Assembly (NCBI GenBank): GCA_963676835.2
Contig: CAXXFF010000002.1
Coordinates: forward strand, 448,001-512,000
DNA from: Marispirochaeta sp.
GTDB lineage: Bacteria; Spirochaetota; Spirochaetia; JC444; Marispirochaetaceae
Length of the DNA: 64,000 nt
Direction of reading: 5' to 3'
Below, piece after piece: positions 1 to 9,775 of this stretch (its first letter is position 1; each line of letters begins with the position of its first letter). The notes under the pieces were generated by a model, which saw only the letters and a list, made by a program, of their open reading frames with translations, was not told the DNA's origin and did not search any database. Made by a program: the position numbers and the translations under genes.

Positions 1-1
1 C

Positions 2-415
2 GGCCTGGACTGGCAGAAGAAATTCAAAGGGGAATATGCAGTCAGCCATTCTCCGCGGAAATTAACTTACCTCAAGCCCCTGACCTTCATGAACAAAAGC
101 GGCGAAAGCCTCCGGGCCTGCTGCGATTTTTTCTCCATCGAGGCGGATGAAATTCTGGTCATCCACGACGACCTGGAACTGGCTTTCGGCGAAACCCTTC
201 TTAAGCAGGGCGGCGGCCTGGGAGGCCATAACGGACTCAAATCAATAAAACAGCACCTGAGTACAGGAGATTTCCACCGCCTGAGGCTGGGGATAGGCAG
301 GCCGGACCGGGGCAGCGTTTCCAACCATGTGCTGTCCCGTTTCTCCCCCCAGGAAGAGGCCGAGCTGTCCCTGATGTTCAGCAAAGCTGTGGGGCTTATG
401 GAATCTGCCCTGTAA
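2..415 (+). CDS. pth: Peptidyl-tRNA hydrolase, 5'-truncated by window edge
   Basis: Frame open from nt 2; motifs LKPLTFMNKSG, VIHDDLE, GGHNGLKSI, RLRLGIGRP, HVLSRF. Confidence 0.95.
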   Translation, partial: GLDWQKKFKGEYAVSHSPRKLTYLKPLTFMNKSGESLRACCDFFSIEADEILVIHDDLELAFGETLLKQGGGLGGHNGLKSIKQHLSTGDFHRLRLGIGRPDRGSVSNHVLSRFSPQEEAELSLMFSKAVGLMESAL

Positions 416-465
416 AAGAAGAAGAGAAAAGACAAAAACGAGAAAAGGGAATTAATACAGCAAAG

Positions 466-1311
466 ATGGCATATCAGATTATCCGTAACGACAAAGACCT
501 TGACTCATACCACCAGTCTCTACACAGCCGGGGCTGTACCATTATCGGCCTCGATTTTGAAGGGGAATTCAACCTTCATGCCTATGGTGAAACCCTCTGC
601 CTTGTGCAGATTTACGATGGGGAAAAGGAGATTATCATCGATCCTTTTTCTGTTTCGCCTAAAGCCATGAAAAAGCTGCTGGAAGATGAGAAGATTATGA
701 AGATAATGTGGGATGCCTCCAGCGACCTCTCCCTGGTTATCAATGGTTATGATATGTCCATCAAATCCATCCTGGACCTGCGGCCAGCGGCGGATATTCT
801 CGAGTTTCCCAAAAAAGATTACTCCAGCGTTCTTAATGCTGTACTGAATATCGAGACCATGAATAAAGCCCGCTTTCAGCGTTACAACTGGATGACACGC
901 CCCGTAAGCGACGATGCCATCCGCTATGCCCTGGATGATGTAGTTCACCTTTTTAAACTGAAAGATGCGCTGCTTAAACAGATAAATGAAAAATCCGCAT
1001 TGGATGAGTACCTGCGGCAGAACTTTATAGCCCAGAACCGCAATTACCTCCGGGAACCGGGAAAACGGCACACCAAAATGAAGGGATTTCGGTTTTTAAG
1101 AAAAGATGAACAGGAACGGCTTAAAAGGATATTCGAAGTCCGGGACAACCATGCACGGGAGCTCAACTGGCCGCCCCACCGGGTTATCCCCAATCCTCAA
1201 TTAATTGATATTGCCCGGAAAAATATTCAGCCCGAGAACATACACTTTGACCGCAGTATAAAACCAGGCAGAAGACAGACAATATTAGAACAGATTAATA
1301 AGGTGATCTAA
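466..1311 (+). CDS. rnd: Ribonuclease D-like 3'-5' exonuclease with HRDC domain
   Basis: DEDDy motifs GLDFEG, LCLVQI, YALDDV; C-terminal RDNHARELNWPPHRVIPN HRDC signature. Confidence 0.85.
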   Translation: MAYQIIRNDKDLDSYHQSLHSRGCTIIGLDFEGEFNLHAYGETLCLVQIYDGEKEIIIDPFSVSPKAMKKLLEDEKIMKIMWDASSDLSLVINGYDMSIKSILDLRPAADILEFPKKDYSSVLNAVLNIETMNKARFQRYNWMTRPVSDDAIRYALDDVVHLFKLKDALLKQINEKSALDEYLRQNFIAQNRNYLREPGKRHTKMKGFRFLRKDEQERLKRIFEVRDNHARELNWPPHRVIPNPQLIDIARKNIQPENIHFDRSIKPGRRQTILEQINKVI

Positions 1312-2186
1312 GGCCGCATCAGGGCCGTGTTTCCATCGAAGATAGGTTCCATCTCATGCTTCTTCGCAAGAGCCCGCATTGTATCTTCGGCGGGACGTTC
1401 GCCTGTCTCAGAAGCAGCTTTCAGTACTTTGGGAAGCAGGTTTACATCGCCTGTGGTATTCAGAAATACCCGGGAGTCTCCCAACACCCAGTTTACCGCA
1501 TACTGAATTTCACCCTGCTCTTCCAGGGGCTCATACCAGCAGCTGTAGCGCCGCTCCCCGGGCCAGGGCCTGCAGGCAAGAGACTTGATGGTCTGGACTG
1601 CAATTCCCTTCTCGACGCAGAGTTCCAGCAGGTTCTCTATATCGATGGCGTACTGGGTGTTCTGACATAAAAACCAGTTATAGGGAAAAAGTACCGAATC
1701 AAAGGGAAACCAGGTGAGGCTCTGAAGGTGACGGGCGGGTGCGCCGAAACCGTGGCCGGTGATGCCGATAAAACGCACCATTCCCTGGCTGCGGGCATCT
1801 ACCAAAGCCTCAAGGGCTCCTCCGGGGCTGAAGGCCTGCTCCCACTCTTCAAGCTCAACACAGTTATGCAGTTGAATAAGATCAAGACTATCCGTGCCAA
1901 GGCGCTCCAGGGATTTTTTTATCCCCTCCATGGCACCCTGATAACTCCGTTCCGCAGTCTTGGTGGCCAGAAAAAAATCTTTCCGATGAGATTTCATCCA
2001 GGGAGCGATGCGGAGCTCAGCATCACCGTAACGGGCGGCAACATCAATATGATTAACCCCGTATTCAAGCAGCAAATCCAGAACTGAATCCGCAGTTTTC
2101 TGATCAACCTTTCCCAGGGCTGCTGCCCCAAAGAGAGTTCGCGTACTGCTGTGCCCGGTTTGACCGAAAGGAACTTTCGCTATCAT
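1308..2186 (-). CDS. Aldo/keto reductase
   Basis: HIDVAARYGDAE, FLATK, SLERLGTDSLDLIQLH, RFIGITGH. Confidence 0.92.
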   Translation of the reverse strand: MIAKVPFGQTGHSSTRTLFGAAALGKVDQKTADSVLDLLLEYGVNHIDVAARYGDAELRIAPWMKSHRKDFFLATKTAERSYQGAMEGIKKSLERLGTDSLDLIQLHNCVELEEWEQAFSPGGALEALVDARSQGMVRFIGITGHGFGAPARHLQSLTWFPFDSVLFPYNWFLCQNTQYAIDIENLLELCVEKGIAVQTIKSLACRPWPGERRYSCWYEPLEEQGEIQYAVNWVLGDSRVFLNTTGDVNLLPKVLKAASETGERPAEDTMRALAKKHEMEPIFDGNTALMRP

Positions 2187-2236
2187 CAGCCTGCCTCCGT
2201 AATTACAGTTTAACCATTAGTATATCATGGAAAAAA

Positions 2237-3121
2237 TCAGAGAGCTTTCCACAGCATGCGATTCTCTTCAAAGGAGTATTCTGCAAGTCCACGGTCTGTA
2301 AAACTTGCCAGGAGGGAACGCAGAGTGGCGGAAATCAGAATATACTGACCATGGTTCAGCTCAACTCCGAACTGATCACACACGATCTTCAAGATGTCAT
2401 CAAAGCATCTTTTCTCCCTGATACCATCCAGAACAGTGGTTTCAAGCTGATCTGCCTTTTCAAGATTTTTCAAAGCGGTGGATTCGATACCATCGGTCAG
2501 CTCTCCATGGGAGGGCAGATAATAATCTGCATTAAGCTCGCGGATTAAACCGATGCTGGACCGGAAGGATTCTATATCGTAAATAAAAGGTATGCCGTAT
2601 TTTTCAAGCACCGGCTCACCGAACAGGGCATCCCCCAGATACAGGACTCCATCTGGGCTGAGAATCCCGATCTGATCGAAAAAATGGCCGGGGAGAGCTA
2701 CGATCCTGCCAAAGGGATATTCAGCATCGGCTTCTGCAATATCGGTAACCTTTGACGGCTGGGCCCGGAAAAACTTTCCGGTTATCTCCCGAAAAGGGCG
2801 TCCGCCCCAGAGAAAAGATGGCTCCAGCAGGGGTTCTTCTGTAAAGGGGACCTCCCCGGCAGAAGTAAAAATCCTGCAGGAACTTTTCTTCTGCAGAAAG
2901 CCATTACCCCCGATATGATCAGCATTGGAGTGGGTACAGACAATCCCGGCCAGGCGGCGCCCGGTATCCTCAATAAGACGGTTCAGCTTACGCCCCGCAT
3001 CCTTGTCATTGCCGCTGTCAATGAGCCAGCACCCCTCCTCACTATCTACCAGACCGATATTTGCCGGTGCCGGAATATACCAGGAATTCCCGGCAATCTG
3101 TACCAACTCAAATCCTGCCAC
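2237..3121 (-). CDS. MBL-fold metallo-hydrolase
   Basis: LIDSG, THSNADHIGG (HxHxDH variant), PGH, GDALF, PSHG; GTG start with GGGG upstream. Confidence 0.88.
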   Translation of the reverse strand: MAGFELVQIAGNSWYIPAPANIGLVDSEEGCWLIDSGNDKDAGRKLNRLIEDTGRRLAGIVCTHSNADHIGGNGFLQKKSSCRIFTSAGEVPFTEEPLLEPSFLWGGRPFREITGKFFRAQPSKVTDIAEADAEYPFGRIVALPGHFFDQIGILSPDGVLYLGDALFGEPVLEKYGIPFIYDIESFRSSIGLIRELNADYYLPSHGELTDGIESTALKNLEKADQLETTVLDGIREKRCFDDILKIVCDQFGVELNHGQYILISATLRSLLASFTDRGLAEYSFEENRMLWKAL

Positions 3122-3198
3122 AAGGCCCCCCTGCGTCTATTGTCTATCAGAATTATTTCAGTACACTACAGGCACTTCAATTAATCAAGGAATTGTAA

Positions 3199-4395
3199 AT
3201 GTTTCAGGCTGTACTCTCAATTTGTATCAACATTATTGCCACCACCATTATACTCGCCGTAAATCATGATCTTGGAACCGGTTATCTTCTGTTTGTCGGG
3301 GGAATCGCCGGAGCGGCTAACCTCCTGTCTATTGCCGGGCTGCTGATATATTCTCAAAGCAGAAGCAAAGCCGCCGCCATAAGCGCCATTGTCGGATTCG
3401 CCCTCTTATCGCCCCTGGGACTTATCGGAGCCTTCGGAGTTAAGGGAATGCTGAACAGCGGTGAACAACCGGAGAAGGCCTCCACTCCGGAGCCAAAGAA
3501 ACGTCTGCAGATTTTCCTTCTCACCGGCTTTATACTGCTTTTTCTCATTATAATCTCAGGATCCGCGACCGGCTATTTTCTGCGGATTCGAAATATTATC
3601 AATCTGCTTAAAACCCTTCCCATATATATCCTCCTCAGCTTTGGTGTATTAATCACCCTGAGGCAGAATTACCTGGACCTTTCCATGCCTGCTCTTGCCA
3701 CCCTGAGTGCTCTCCTCATCAGCAAAGCCCTCAGCTATCACCCTGCCGGCGCAGTTATATTTATTATGCTATCCCTGTTGGTACTGCTGATTATCAGCCT
3801 GGTGCATACCCTGCTGATACGCTACACAGGGATCTCATCAGTATTGATTACCTTCATAAGTTCCTACATGACTCTGGGAGTTCTGCGCTTAATTGCAAAT
3901 GGAGAAGCAGAACCTGCAGACTCTCTGCAAATACTGTATGCGCCGGTTTTTTCTTTAGCTATACCGCTTACAGGGGCCGCACTTGTTTACCTGCAGAAGC
4001 TTGCAGAAAACAGGCTTACTCTTTCGGCATCAACAAAGCCGTTCAAACATCTCCTGGCGGGATGGACCGTTTTTCTGGGCAGTGCAGTTCTTGCTATGAC
4101 AGCCGGACTCTATACTGCAGGAAGAGTCGGCAGCACCGTGCCCTTTATGAATGTTTTCAATGTTATCGTTCTCGGGTATTTTTTCTTTTCCTTGAGGATT
4201 CTGCCGGAAAAAGCCATGAACAAACTCGGGGTACTCCTGGCACTGCTTCCTGCCACTGCAGCCGGGGCACTGTTTAACCGTGTCAGCCTCGCGGGGCTTA
4301 ATTCGGACATACAAATGCTCATTCTGACGGGGATAACCCTGATAACAGGATTAATTTCCTACACCCTCGTCCCGGGCCGAAAGATGGATATATAG
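3199..4395 (+). CDS. Polytopic membrane protein; C-terminal part resembles RbsC-type sugar ABC permease
   Basis: NIINLL...LDLS motif and ISSVLITF segment typical of BPD_transp_2 permeases; about 12 hydrophobic segments; extra N-terminal 3-TM region. Confidence 0.55.
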   Translation: MFQAVLSICINIIATTIILAVNHDLGTGYLLFVGGIAGAANLLSIAGLLIYSQSRSKAAAISAIVGFALLSPLGLIGAFGVKGMLNSGEQPEKASTPEPKKRLQIFLLTGFILLFLIIISGSATGYFLRIRNIINLLKTLPIYILLSFGVLITLRQNYLDLSMPALATLSALLISKALSYHPAGAVIFIMLSLLVLLIISLVHTLLIRYTGISSVLITFISSYMTLGVLRLIANGEAEPADSLQILYAPVFSLAIPLTGAALVYLQKLAENRLTLSASTKPFKHLLAGWTVFLGSAVLAMTAGLYTAGRVGSTVPFMNVFNVIVLGYFFFSLRILPEKAMNKLGVLLALLPATAAGALFNRVSLAGLNSDIQMLILTGITLITGLISYTLVPGRKMDI

Positions 4396-4441
4396 AATAT
4401 CAACGTGTTTTTCCCGAACCATGAGATACACTGGTAGAAAT

Positions 4442-5986
4442 ATGAAAAAGAGATTATTTCCAACAGTCTATCTCGCGGCAACTATCCTCATCTCCGCATG
4501 CGGTCCCATGGAAAGTCAGAGCTCTCCGGAACCGGATCTGGCATTTCTTACCAGCACGTTCACCTTTAGCGAGCCTGTAAGCAAAGGAACCGTCTTCTAT
4601 ATTGATCCTGACTCAGGGTCATCTGCTGCTGACGGCGGCAACGGCAGCAGTGAAACCCCCTGGAAGAGTCTCCAGCAGGTAATTGAAGAAGGTCTGGTGG
4701 AACATTATGCCTACAGCGAATCCTACAATACAGATTCCGCTCTAATTGTTCAGAATGAAGGGGCTCCGGTAAAAGGGGGCGATACCCTGCTGTTAAAGGA
4801 GGGCTACCACGGACATATTGATCTCAACCGGTTTATTTTCAGGGACTGGCTCACCATAAAAGGTGCCTCCGGAGAGACAGCAATCCTTTCACGTATCAAC
4901 CTGAATGGAGCCATACGCAAAATATACCTAACGGATTTCTCCATTATCAAGGAGAGCTATACCCTTAATGAAAGCCCGGGAGAAAACTACTGGGAGGTAA
5001 GCGGAATTAATGGCAGCGGACTGTATCTCGGCACCAGCAGCTTCTGGGGTGACTGCCGGGAAATCAAGGTCAGAAACCTGACTATAAAAACCGCCGAAGA
5101 CAGTTCAGGCTGGTCGGCGACCGACTGGGCCAGCCGGGCAGGCGGCGGGATCGGGCTGCGCAGTACCCGCAATGTGGAAATCGCCGACTGCACCATAGAG
5201 AATGTGGGCATGGGAATTTCCATTGAATATCACTCGGACTACACCTGGTGCGTAAATAACAGTATAAATAACTACAGTGTCGACGGAGCCAGGATAATCA
5301 GTGACCACGTCTATTTCGCGGATAATATAATAACCAACTGCTATGACGTGGACGATAATCACGACGACGGCATTCAAAGCTACTCCCGGGGCAGTGACAA
5401 TTCAGTCGGCACCGGCTACATAGAACATGTGCTGATCCGTGGCAATACGATTATCGATTCCACCGACCCCTCAAATACACTGGCCGGAAGTCCTCAGGGC
5501 ATCGGCTGCTTTGACGGATTCTTCCGCTTCTGGAGGGTGGAAAACAACATGATTGTCTCAAACACCTATCATGGGATCTCTCTCTACGGCGCTGTCGGCT
5601 GCGAGATACTGAATAATACCGTGGTGGACAGTAATCCTTCAGACACGGTCAGCCCCTGGATAATGATTCACGATCATAAAAATGGTACCGCCAGTGCCGG
5701 ATGCCGGGTAGCAAACAACATTGCTGCCAGCAGCATCAGCGCTGATGCCAACCAGACAGTTCATAATAATTTTGTTATTAATAGTTCAGATATATCCATG
5801 GAAGATCTGTTTATCGATCCCTCCCCCCAGAACCTGGACTATAACTTCCATTTGATAGACACCCAGCAGGTGCAGGATAATCTGGTCGATAAAGGCTATG
5901 CAGTTCCCAACTGCTATTCCGCCGTAAGGGATCTTGATGGAAACCTGCGAACAGGATCCCCGGATATCGGCGCTTACGAGCTGTAG
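4442..5986 (+). CDS. Lipoprotein with right-handed parallel beta-helix and choice-of-anchor-Q-like C-terminus
   Basis: Lipobox LISAC; GNGSSETPWKSLQ; repeated GI..NN turns; HDDGIQ; C-terminal DLDGNLRTGSPDIGAYE. Confidence 0.75.
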   Translation: MKKRLFPTVYLAATILISACGPMESQSSPEPDLAFLTSTFTFSEPVSKGTVFYIDPDSGSSAADGGNGSSETPWKSLQQVIEEGLVEHYAYSESYNTDSALIVQNEGAPVKGGDTLLLKEGYHGHIDLNRFIFRDWLTIKGASGETAILSRINLNGAIRKIYLTDFSIIKESYTLNESPGENYWEVSGINGSGLYLGTSSFWGDCREIKVRNLTIKTAEDSSGWSATDWASRAGGGIGLRSTRNVEIADCTIENVGMGISIEYHSDYTWCVNNSINNYSVDGARIISDHVYFADNIITNCYDVDDNHDDGIQSYSRGSDNSVGTGYIEHVLIRGNTIIDSTDPSNTLAGSPQGIGCFDGFFRFWRVENNMIVSNTYHGISLYGAVGCEILNNTVVDSNPSDTVSPWIMIHDHKNGTASAGCRVANNIAASSISADANQTVHNNFVINSSDISMEDLFIDPSPQNLDYNFHLIDTQQVQDNLVDKGYAVPNCYSAVRDLDGNLRTGSPDIGAYEL

Positions 5987-5992
5987 GCCCGG

Positions 5993-6967
5993 CTATTCGA
6001 AGTACTCAAAGGCATCAATAATATCCAGGTACACACCGTCAAAACCGGCAGCGAGGATTTTATCCAGATACCCGCTGCTTGAGCCGAATATCACACCCTG
6101 CCAGTCAGAATCCCAGTATTTGACCTTATAGTTTCCCGGCCAGTCGGGATTCTCCCCGGCAAGCCAGTCCGGAGGAGTGCTGTTCCAGCTGCTCTGCCAG
6201 TAGTAGCGGTAGTCCTCGGCCTCTCCAATACTCATGTAGGCGATAACCAGCCTGCTTCCGCCGCTGCCTTTTGTTCCAAGGGCATTAACCTGACTGCTGG
6301 TCAGAATCGTACCGTCATAAAACGCATCTATAATAAGTACATCATAGTCGGTTGCCCCGAGGGCTGAAATATAGTCATCAACCGAGCTATATCCTTCAAG
6401 GTTCAGCAGGTAGAGAAAATTCTTTGCCTGAGTCAAGTCAGAAATATTATCGGTATGGATTCCGTAGGGAACAGCTCCCGGGATGGTGTTCAACTCACGG
6501 TCGAGTGCTGCAAAACTGATGTATCCCCGGCTGTTATTCTGTAAATAAGAATCACTGACCTTTGCAGAAGTCCAGCAGTAATCAGTGGTCAGAACAGCAA
6601 GTCCTTCGCTTTCGGCCCGGTCGGTAAATCCGAGCATATAATCCCGTTCACCAGCAGGGGTAGCCTCATCATCGTTGTCATACCCGTAGAAAAGATCCTC
6701 CCTGCCGATGCCGTCGATTGATGCAATATATTCAGAGGCTGCCGGACCATCAGACTCGCCATTCTCGGTCAGGATCTCCTGACCATTCTGGGGAATCACG
6801 ATAAATCCTGACGATACTGCTTCTGCATAAGCACTGATGCTCTGTACAAACTCCCGCATCTCCTGCCGGTAATACGGGTCATAGTCCGAATCAGGACTTG
6901 AGGTGCACGAAATAATTAAAGCAGCCAGTAGAATACTGAAAACAGGAGATAATTTTCTCATACGCAT
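5993..6967 (-). CDS. GH114 / TM1410-type endo-alpha-1,4-polygalactosaminidase-like lipoprotein
   Basis: Lipobox IISC; IPQNGQE, GIGREDLFYG, AYMSIGEAEDYRYYW, ENPDWPGNY, GFDGVYLD. Confidence 0.85.
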   Translation of the reverse strand: MRMRKLSPVFSILLAALIISCTSSPDSDYDPYYRQEMREFVQSISAYAEAVSSGFIVIPQNGQEILTENGESDGPAASEYIASIDGIGREDLFYGYDNDDEATPAGERDYMLGFTDRAESEGLAVLTTDYCWTSAKVSDSYLQNNSRGYISFAALDRELNTIPGAVPYGIHTDNISDLTQAKNFLYLLNLEGYSSVDDYISALGATDYDVLIIDAFYDGTILTSSQVNALGTKGSGGSRLVIAYMSIGEAEDYRYYWQSSWNSTPPDWLAGENPDWPGNYKVKYWDSDWQGVIFGSSSGYLDKILAAGFDGVYLDIIDAFEYFE

Positions 6968-7091
6968 AAAATATCCCCCGTGCCCGCCATATTCCAGAAA
7001 AACCGGGAGCGGCTCATTTTGAACACCACTATCTGTTACATTTTATTACATTATAATTGACATTATGTAATATTAATTCAATAGTATCTTT

Positions 7092-7556
7092 ATGAGTTCA
7101 AGAATGAATCAGTTTCTTACCGTAGAGGCCGCTGCAGAATTACTGCAGGTACATACCCGGACCGTTCGCCGCTACATAAAGGAAGGCCGGCTGAAGGCAG
7201 CTAAATCCGGCGGCCAGTGGCGCATCATACTGCAGGACCTGATGGATTTTATGGGGATACACGATCCCGCCGAGCTTGCCAACCGTACTGTAAGCAATCC
7301 GGAAGAGACAACATATGACCACATTGAGAATACAAAAATCAGGGTATCCGCCGTTGTAGAGGTAGACGTTTCTTCCAGAGAAGAAGCCCTGCGTCTATCC
7401 AGTACTGTTACTGCAGCCATGATAAGCAGGGAGAGAGACTCCGAAGCCCGCTGTGACTACCAGTTTATGGAAGAGACCGGCATGGCGCGGTTCCTGATCT
7501 GGGGCAGCCCTCGCTTTGTTTCCGCAATGGTGTACGCCTTTGATGCCCTTTTTTAA
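7092..7556 (+). CDS. Excisionase-like (HTH_17) DNA-binding protein with C-terminal domain
   Basis: FLTVEAAAELLQVHTRTVRRYIKEGRLKAAKSGGQWRI. Confidence 0.85.
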   Translation: MSSRMNQFLTVEAAAELLQVHTRTVRRYIKEGRLKAAKSGGQWRIILQDLMDFMGIHDPAELANRTVSNPEETTYDHIENTKIRVSAVVEVDVSSREEALRLSSTVTAAMISRERDSEARCDYQFMEETGMARFLIWGSPRFVSAMVYAFDALF

Positions 7557-7630
7557 CTGCACAAAATACCTCTCTTGAGGAACCTGAAAGATTCGGGGAA
7601 AACTTCCTCACAATCAAAAAGGAGAAACAA

Positions 7631-8488
7631 ATGCAGGGGACAAGTTACTTTAAAAACAGTAAATACAGGGAACTTATCCAGAGCCAGGAACGGGAGCTTA
7701 TTTCACGGTGGCCGGTACCGGTAAAGGAACACTGTATCGATACATGTCTGGGAACAACAGTTGTGTTCGAATGCGGGCACAATAGTCTGCCTCCTGTTCT
7801 GCTGCTTCACGGTTCAGGGTCAAACTCCTCCGCCTGGACCGGCGAAATCTCCCTCTATCGAAATCGATTTCATCTGTTTGCAGCCGACATCCCCGGCGAT
7901 CCGGGCCTAAGCAGTGAACATCGGGGAGATCTTTCAGGAGCCGATTATATTGAGTGGGTAACCGAGATTCTCGACAATCTGAAGCTGTCACGGGTATCCC
8001 TTGCGGGGGTAAGTCTCGGAGGCTGGCTTTCTGCAAAATGGGCCGCAGCCAACCCGGAAAGAACCGATTCTCTCATGCTTGTTTCTGCCAGCGGATTTGC
8101 TCAGCCCAGATATTCTTTCCTTTTCAAACTTATTGCCTATGCATTCATGGGAGACTTCGGCCTGAGACGGCTGCAGCAGAAGCTGTTTAACAGCAGAGAG
8201 ATTGATCCGGAAGTAGAAAACTGGTTCAGAATTATGGCAAAGGGCTACACACCCCGGAGGGAAGTTCCCCCATTATTAACAGACAGTGAGTTATCCGCCC
8301 TTAGCATGACGGTAACCTGTATTGGCGGCGGTGCGGATGTAATGCTCAATATCCCGGCTTCGATGGACAGGCTGAAATCCCTGATTCCCCATGTACGGTG
8401 CATAACAGTTAAGGATCAGGGCCATGCGCTGCTGAATCCAGTGAAGTATATTTTCTCTCCGGCGGAAGTCGAAGTGGACGCTTCATGA
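7631..8488 (+). CDS. Alpha/beta-fold hydrolase
   Basis: LLLHGSG, DIPGDPGLS, nucleophile GVSLGG, C-terminal GHAL; AGGAG RBS. Confidence 0.9.
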   Translation: MQGTSYFKNSKYRELIQSQERELISRWPVPVKEHCIDTCLGTTVVFECGHNSLPPVLLLHGSGSNSSAWTGEISLYRNRFHLFAADIPGDPGLSSEHRGDLSGADYIEWVTEILDNLKLSRVSLAGVSLGGWLSAKWAAANPERTDSLMLVSASGFAQPRYSFLFKLIAYAFMGDFGLRRLQQKLFNSREIDPEVENWFRIMAKGYTPRREVPPLLTDSELSALSMTVTCIGGGADVMLNIPASMDRLKSLIPHVRCITVKDQGHALLNPVKYIFSPAEVEVDAS

Positions 8489-8524
8489 TATACTGACAGA
8501 GTAAACCAGAACCAAGGATCTTCC

Positions 8525-9679
8525 GTGTCAGCAAACGATCTTGAATCCCGCACTGTCCATTTTATGAAAAGCCTCGGCTTTCCCCGGCTGCAGGTACACC
8601 ATGCCAATAACCATTTCGATTTTACCCAGGGGGGACGGAGGATTCTGGTAATCGGCCCCATGGGTTCCGGGAAAACCGAGTACTCATCCAGAGTATGGCG
8701 GGATGCTGCAGTAGCACGGCAGAAATCTGAAAAAATTGCGGCCCGGACAACCTGCGGCCGGGCAGACCGCAGAAATGTGTTCTTCATCCGCTCATCACTG
8801 GATAAACTGCGCTTCCCCGACTATCCCGAGGATGCCCTTGCTCATCGTGGCGGATTTGAGCGCTGCGGCGAGAACATCTGCTATATCTCCAACTCCTTCG
8901 AGCTTGAACAGACCATAGCAGACCATCCCGAAGCCGGTACCTGGATAATCGACGAAGCAAGCTTCTATGATGAACGCATCGCTTATGTAGTAAAGGAAGC
9001 CAGCCAGCGGAATGATCTTATATTCATTTTTCCAACCCTTGTGCTTAACTTCCGCCGGGATATTTTTAATCAAACCACCCGCTTTCTGCTGGATAACTGT
9101 ACCGATATCTTTCCCCTTACAGCCTACTGCGAGCATGCAGACTGCATTGAAGACTCTTTCTACACCTACCGCTATTACCGGGTAGACGGAGAAGAATGCC
9201 CGGCCCTTTACTTTGACCCATTGATCGTTATCGGGGGCGACACAACAAAAGATGACCCCAAGCAGCCCAACTACTGTACACGCTGCGATGAACATCACTA
9301 TCTGCCGGGAAAGGAGTATACCTACCTGGTGCTTAAACCCCTGGGAGAAGAAGCATCCCGGGGAGAGGTGTCTGCCCTGAGGAAGGAGCTGAGACACCTG
9401 AAAGACTCCATCGAAGAATCCCTCCTGTACAACAACCTGAAAGAACTTTTTCTGGAAAGCGACGATCCCCAACCGGTCAACATGAACTCCCTGAAAGTAC
9501 CCTGCATAGCCGAGAAAGCCCTGATGTTCCTCTTCGCCGAGCAGAATCTTATCTCCGAGGACCAGATGCGGCAGCTTACCGAGGAGCTGGAACTGGACCG
9601 GGACTATATGCGCAGTACCCTGACGGATAACGGACGCCCCCTGGATCTGGGCCAATACACTCTGGAGTTCCAGCAGTAG
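8525..9679 (+). CDS. tdk: Thymidine kinase, long spirochaete type
   Basis: Walker A GPMGSGKT, Walker B IIDEA, LNFR, Zn ligands CEHADC...CTRCDEHH, IVIGGD. Confidence 0.8.
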   Translation: MSANDLESRTVHFMKSLGFPRLQVHHANNHFDFTQGGRRILVIGPMGSGKTEYSSRVWRDAAVARQKSEKIAARTTCGRADRRNVFFIRSSLDKLRFPDYPEDALAHRGGFERCGENICYISNSFELEQTIADHPEAGTWIIDEASFYDERIAYVVKEASQRNDLIFIFPTLVLNFRRDIFNQTTRFLLDNCTDIFPLTAYCEHADCIEDSFYTYRYYRVDGEECPALYFDPLIVIGGDTTKDDPKQPNYCTRCDEHHYLPGKEYTYLVLKPLGEEASRGEVSALRKELRHLKDSIEESLLYNNLKELFLESDDPQPVNMNSLKVPCIAEKALMFLFAEQNLISEDQMRQLTEELELDRDYMRSTLTDNGRPLDLGQYTLEFQQ

Positions 9680-9741
9680 TATCCGGACCAATCCCCTATT
9701 TTTTACCTAATCTGACAGCAACATAAAATCAACAAGGCATT

Positions 9742-9766
9742 TTCCTCGTACCTCGAATATGAGGAA
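9742..9766 (+). promoter_or_regulatory. Hairpin sequestering the RBS of the RAYT gene
   Basis: TTCCTCGTA / TATGAGGAA 9-bp stem (one G-U pair) with 7-nt loop; the 3' arm contains the GAGG SD upstream of ATG 9776. Confidence 0.45.
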
Positions 9767-9775
9767 GCACAAAAA

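Noticed and set aside
7092..7556. Prophage or ICE excisionase
   Set aside because: No integrase, phage or conjugation genes nearby; extra domain and context suggest a regulator
8795..9691. 298-aa minus-strand ORF
   Set aside because: Antisense shadow of tdk with no recognisable motifs
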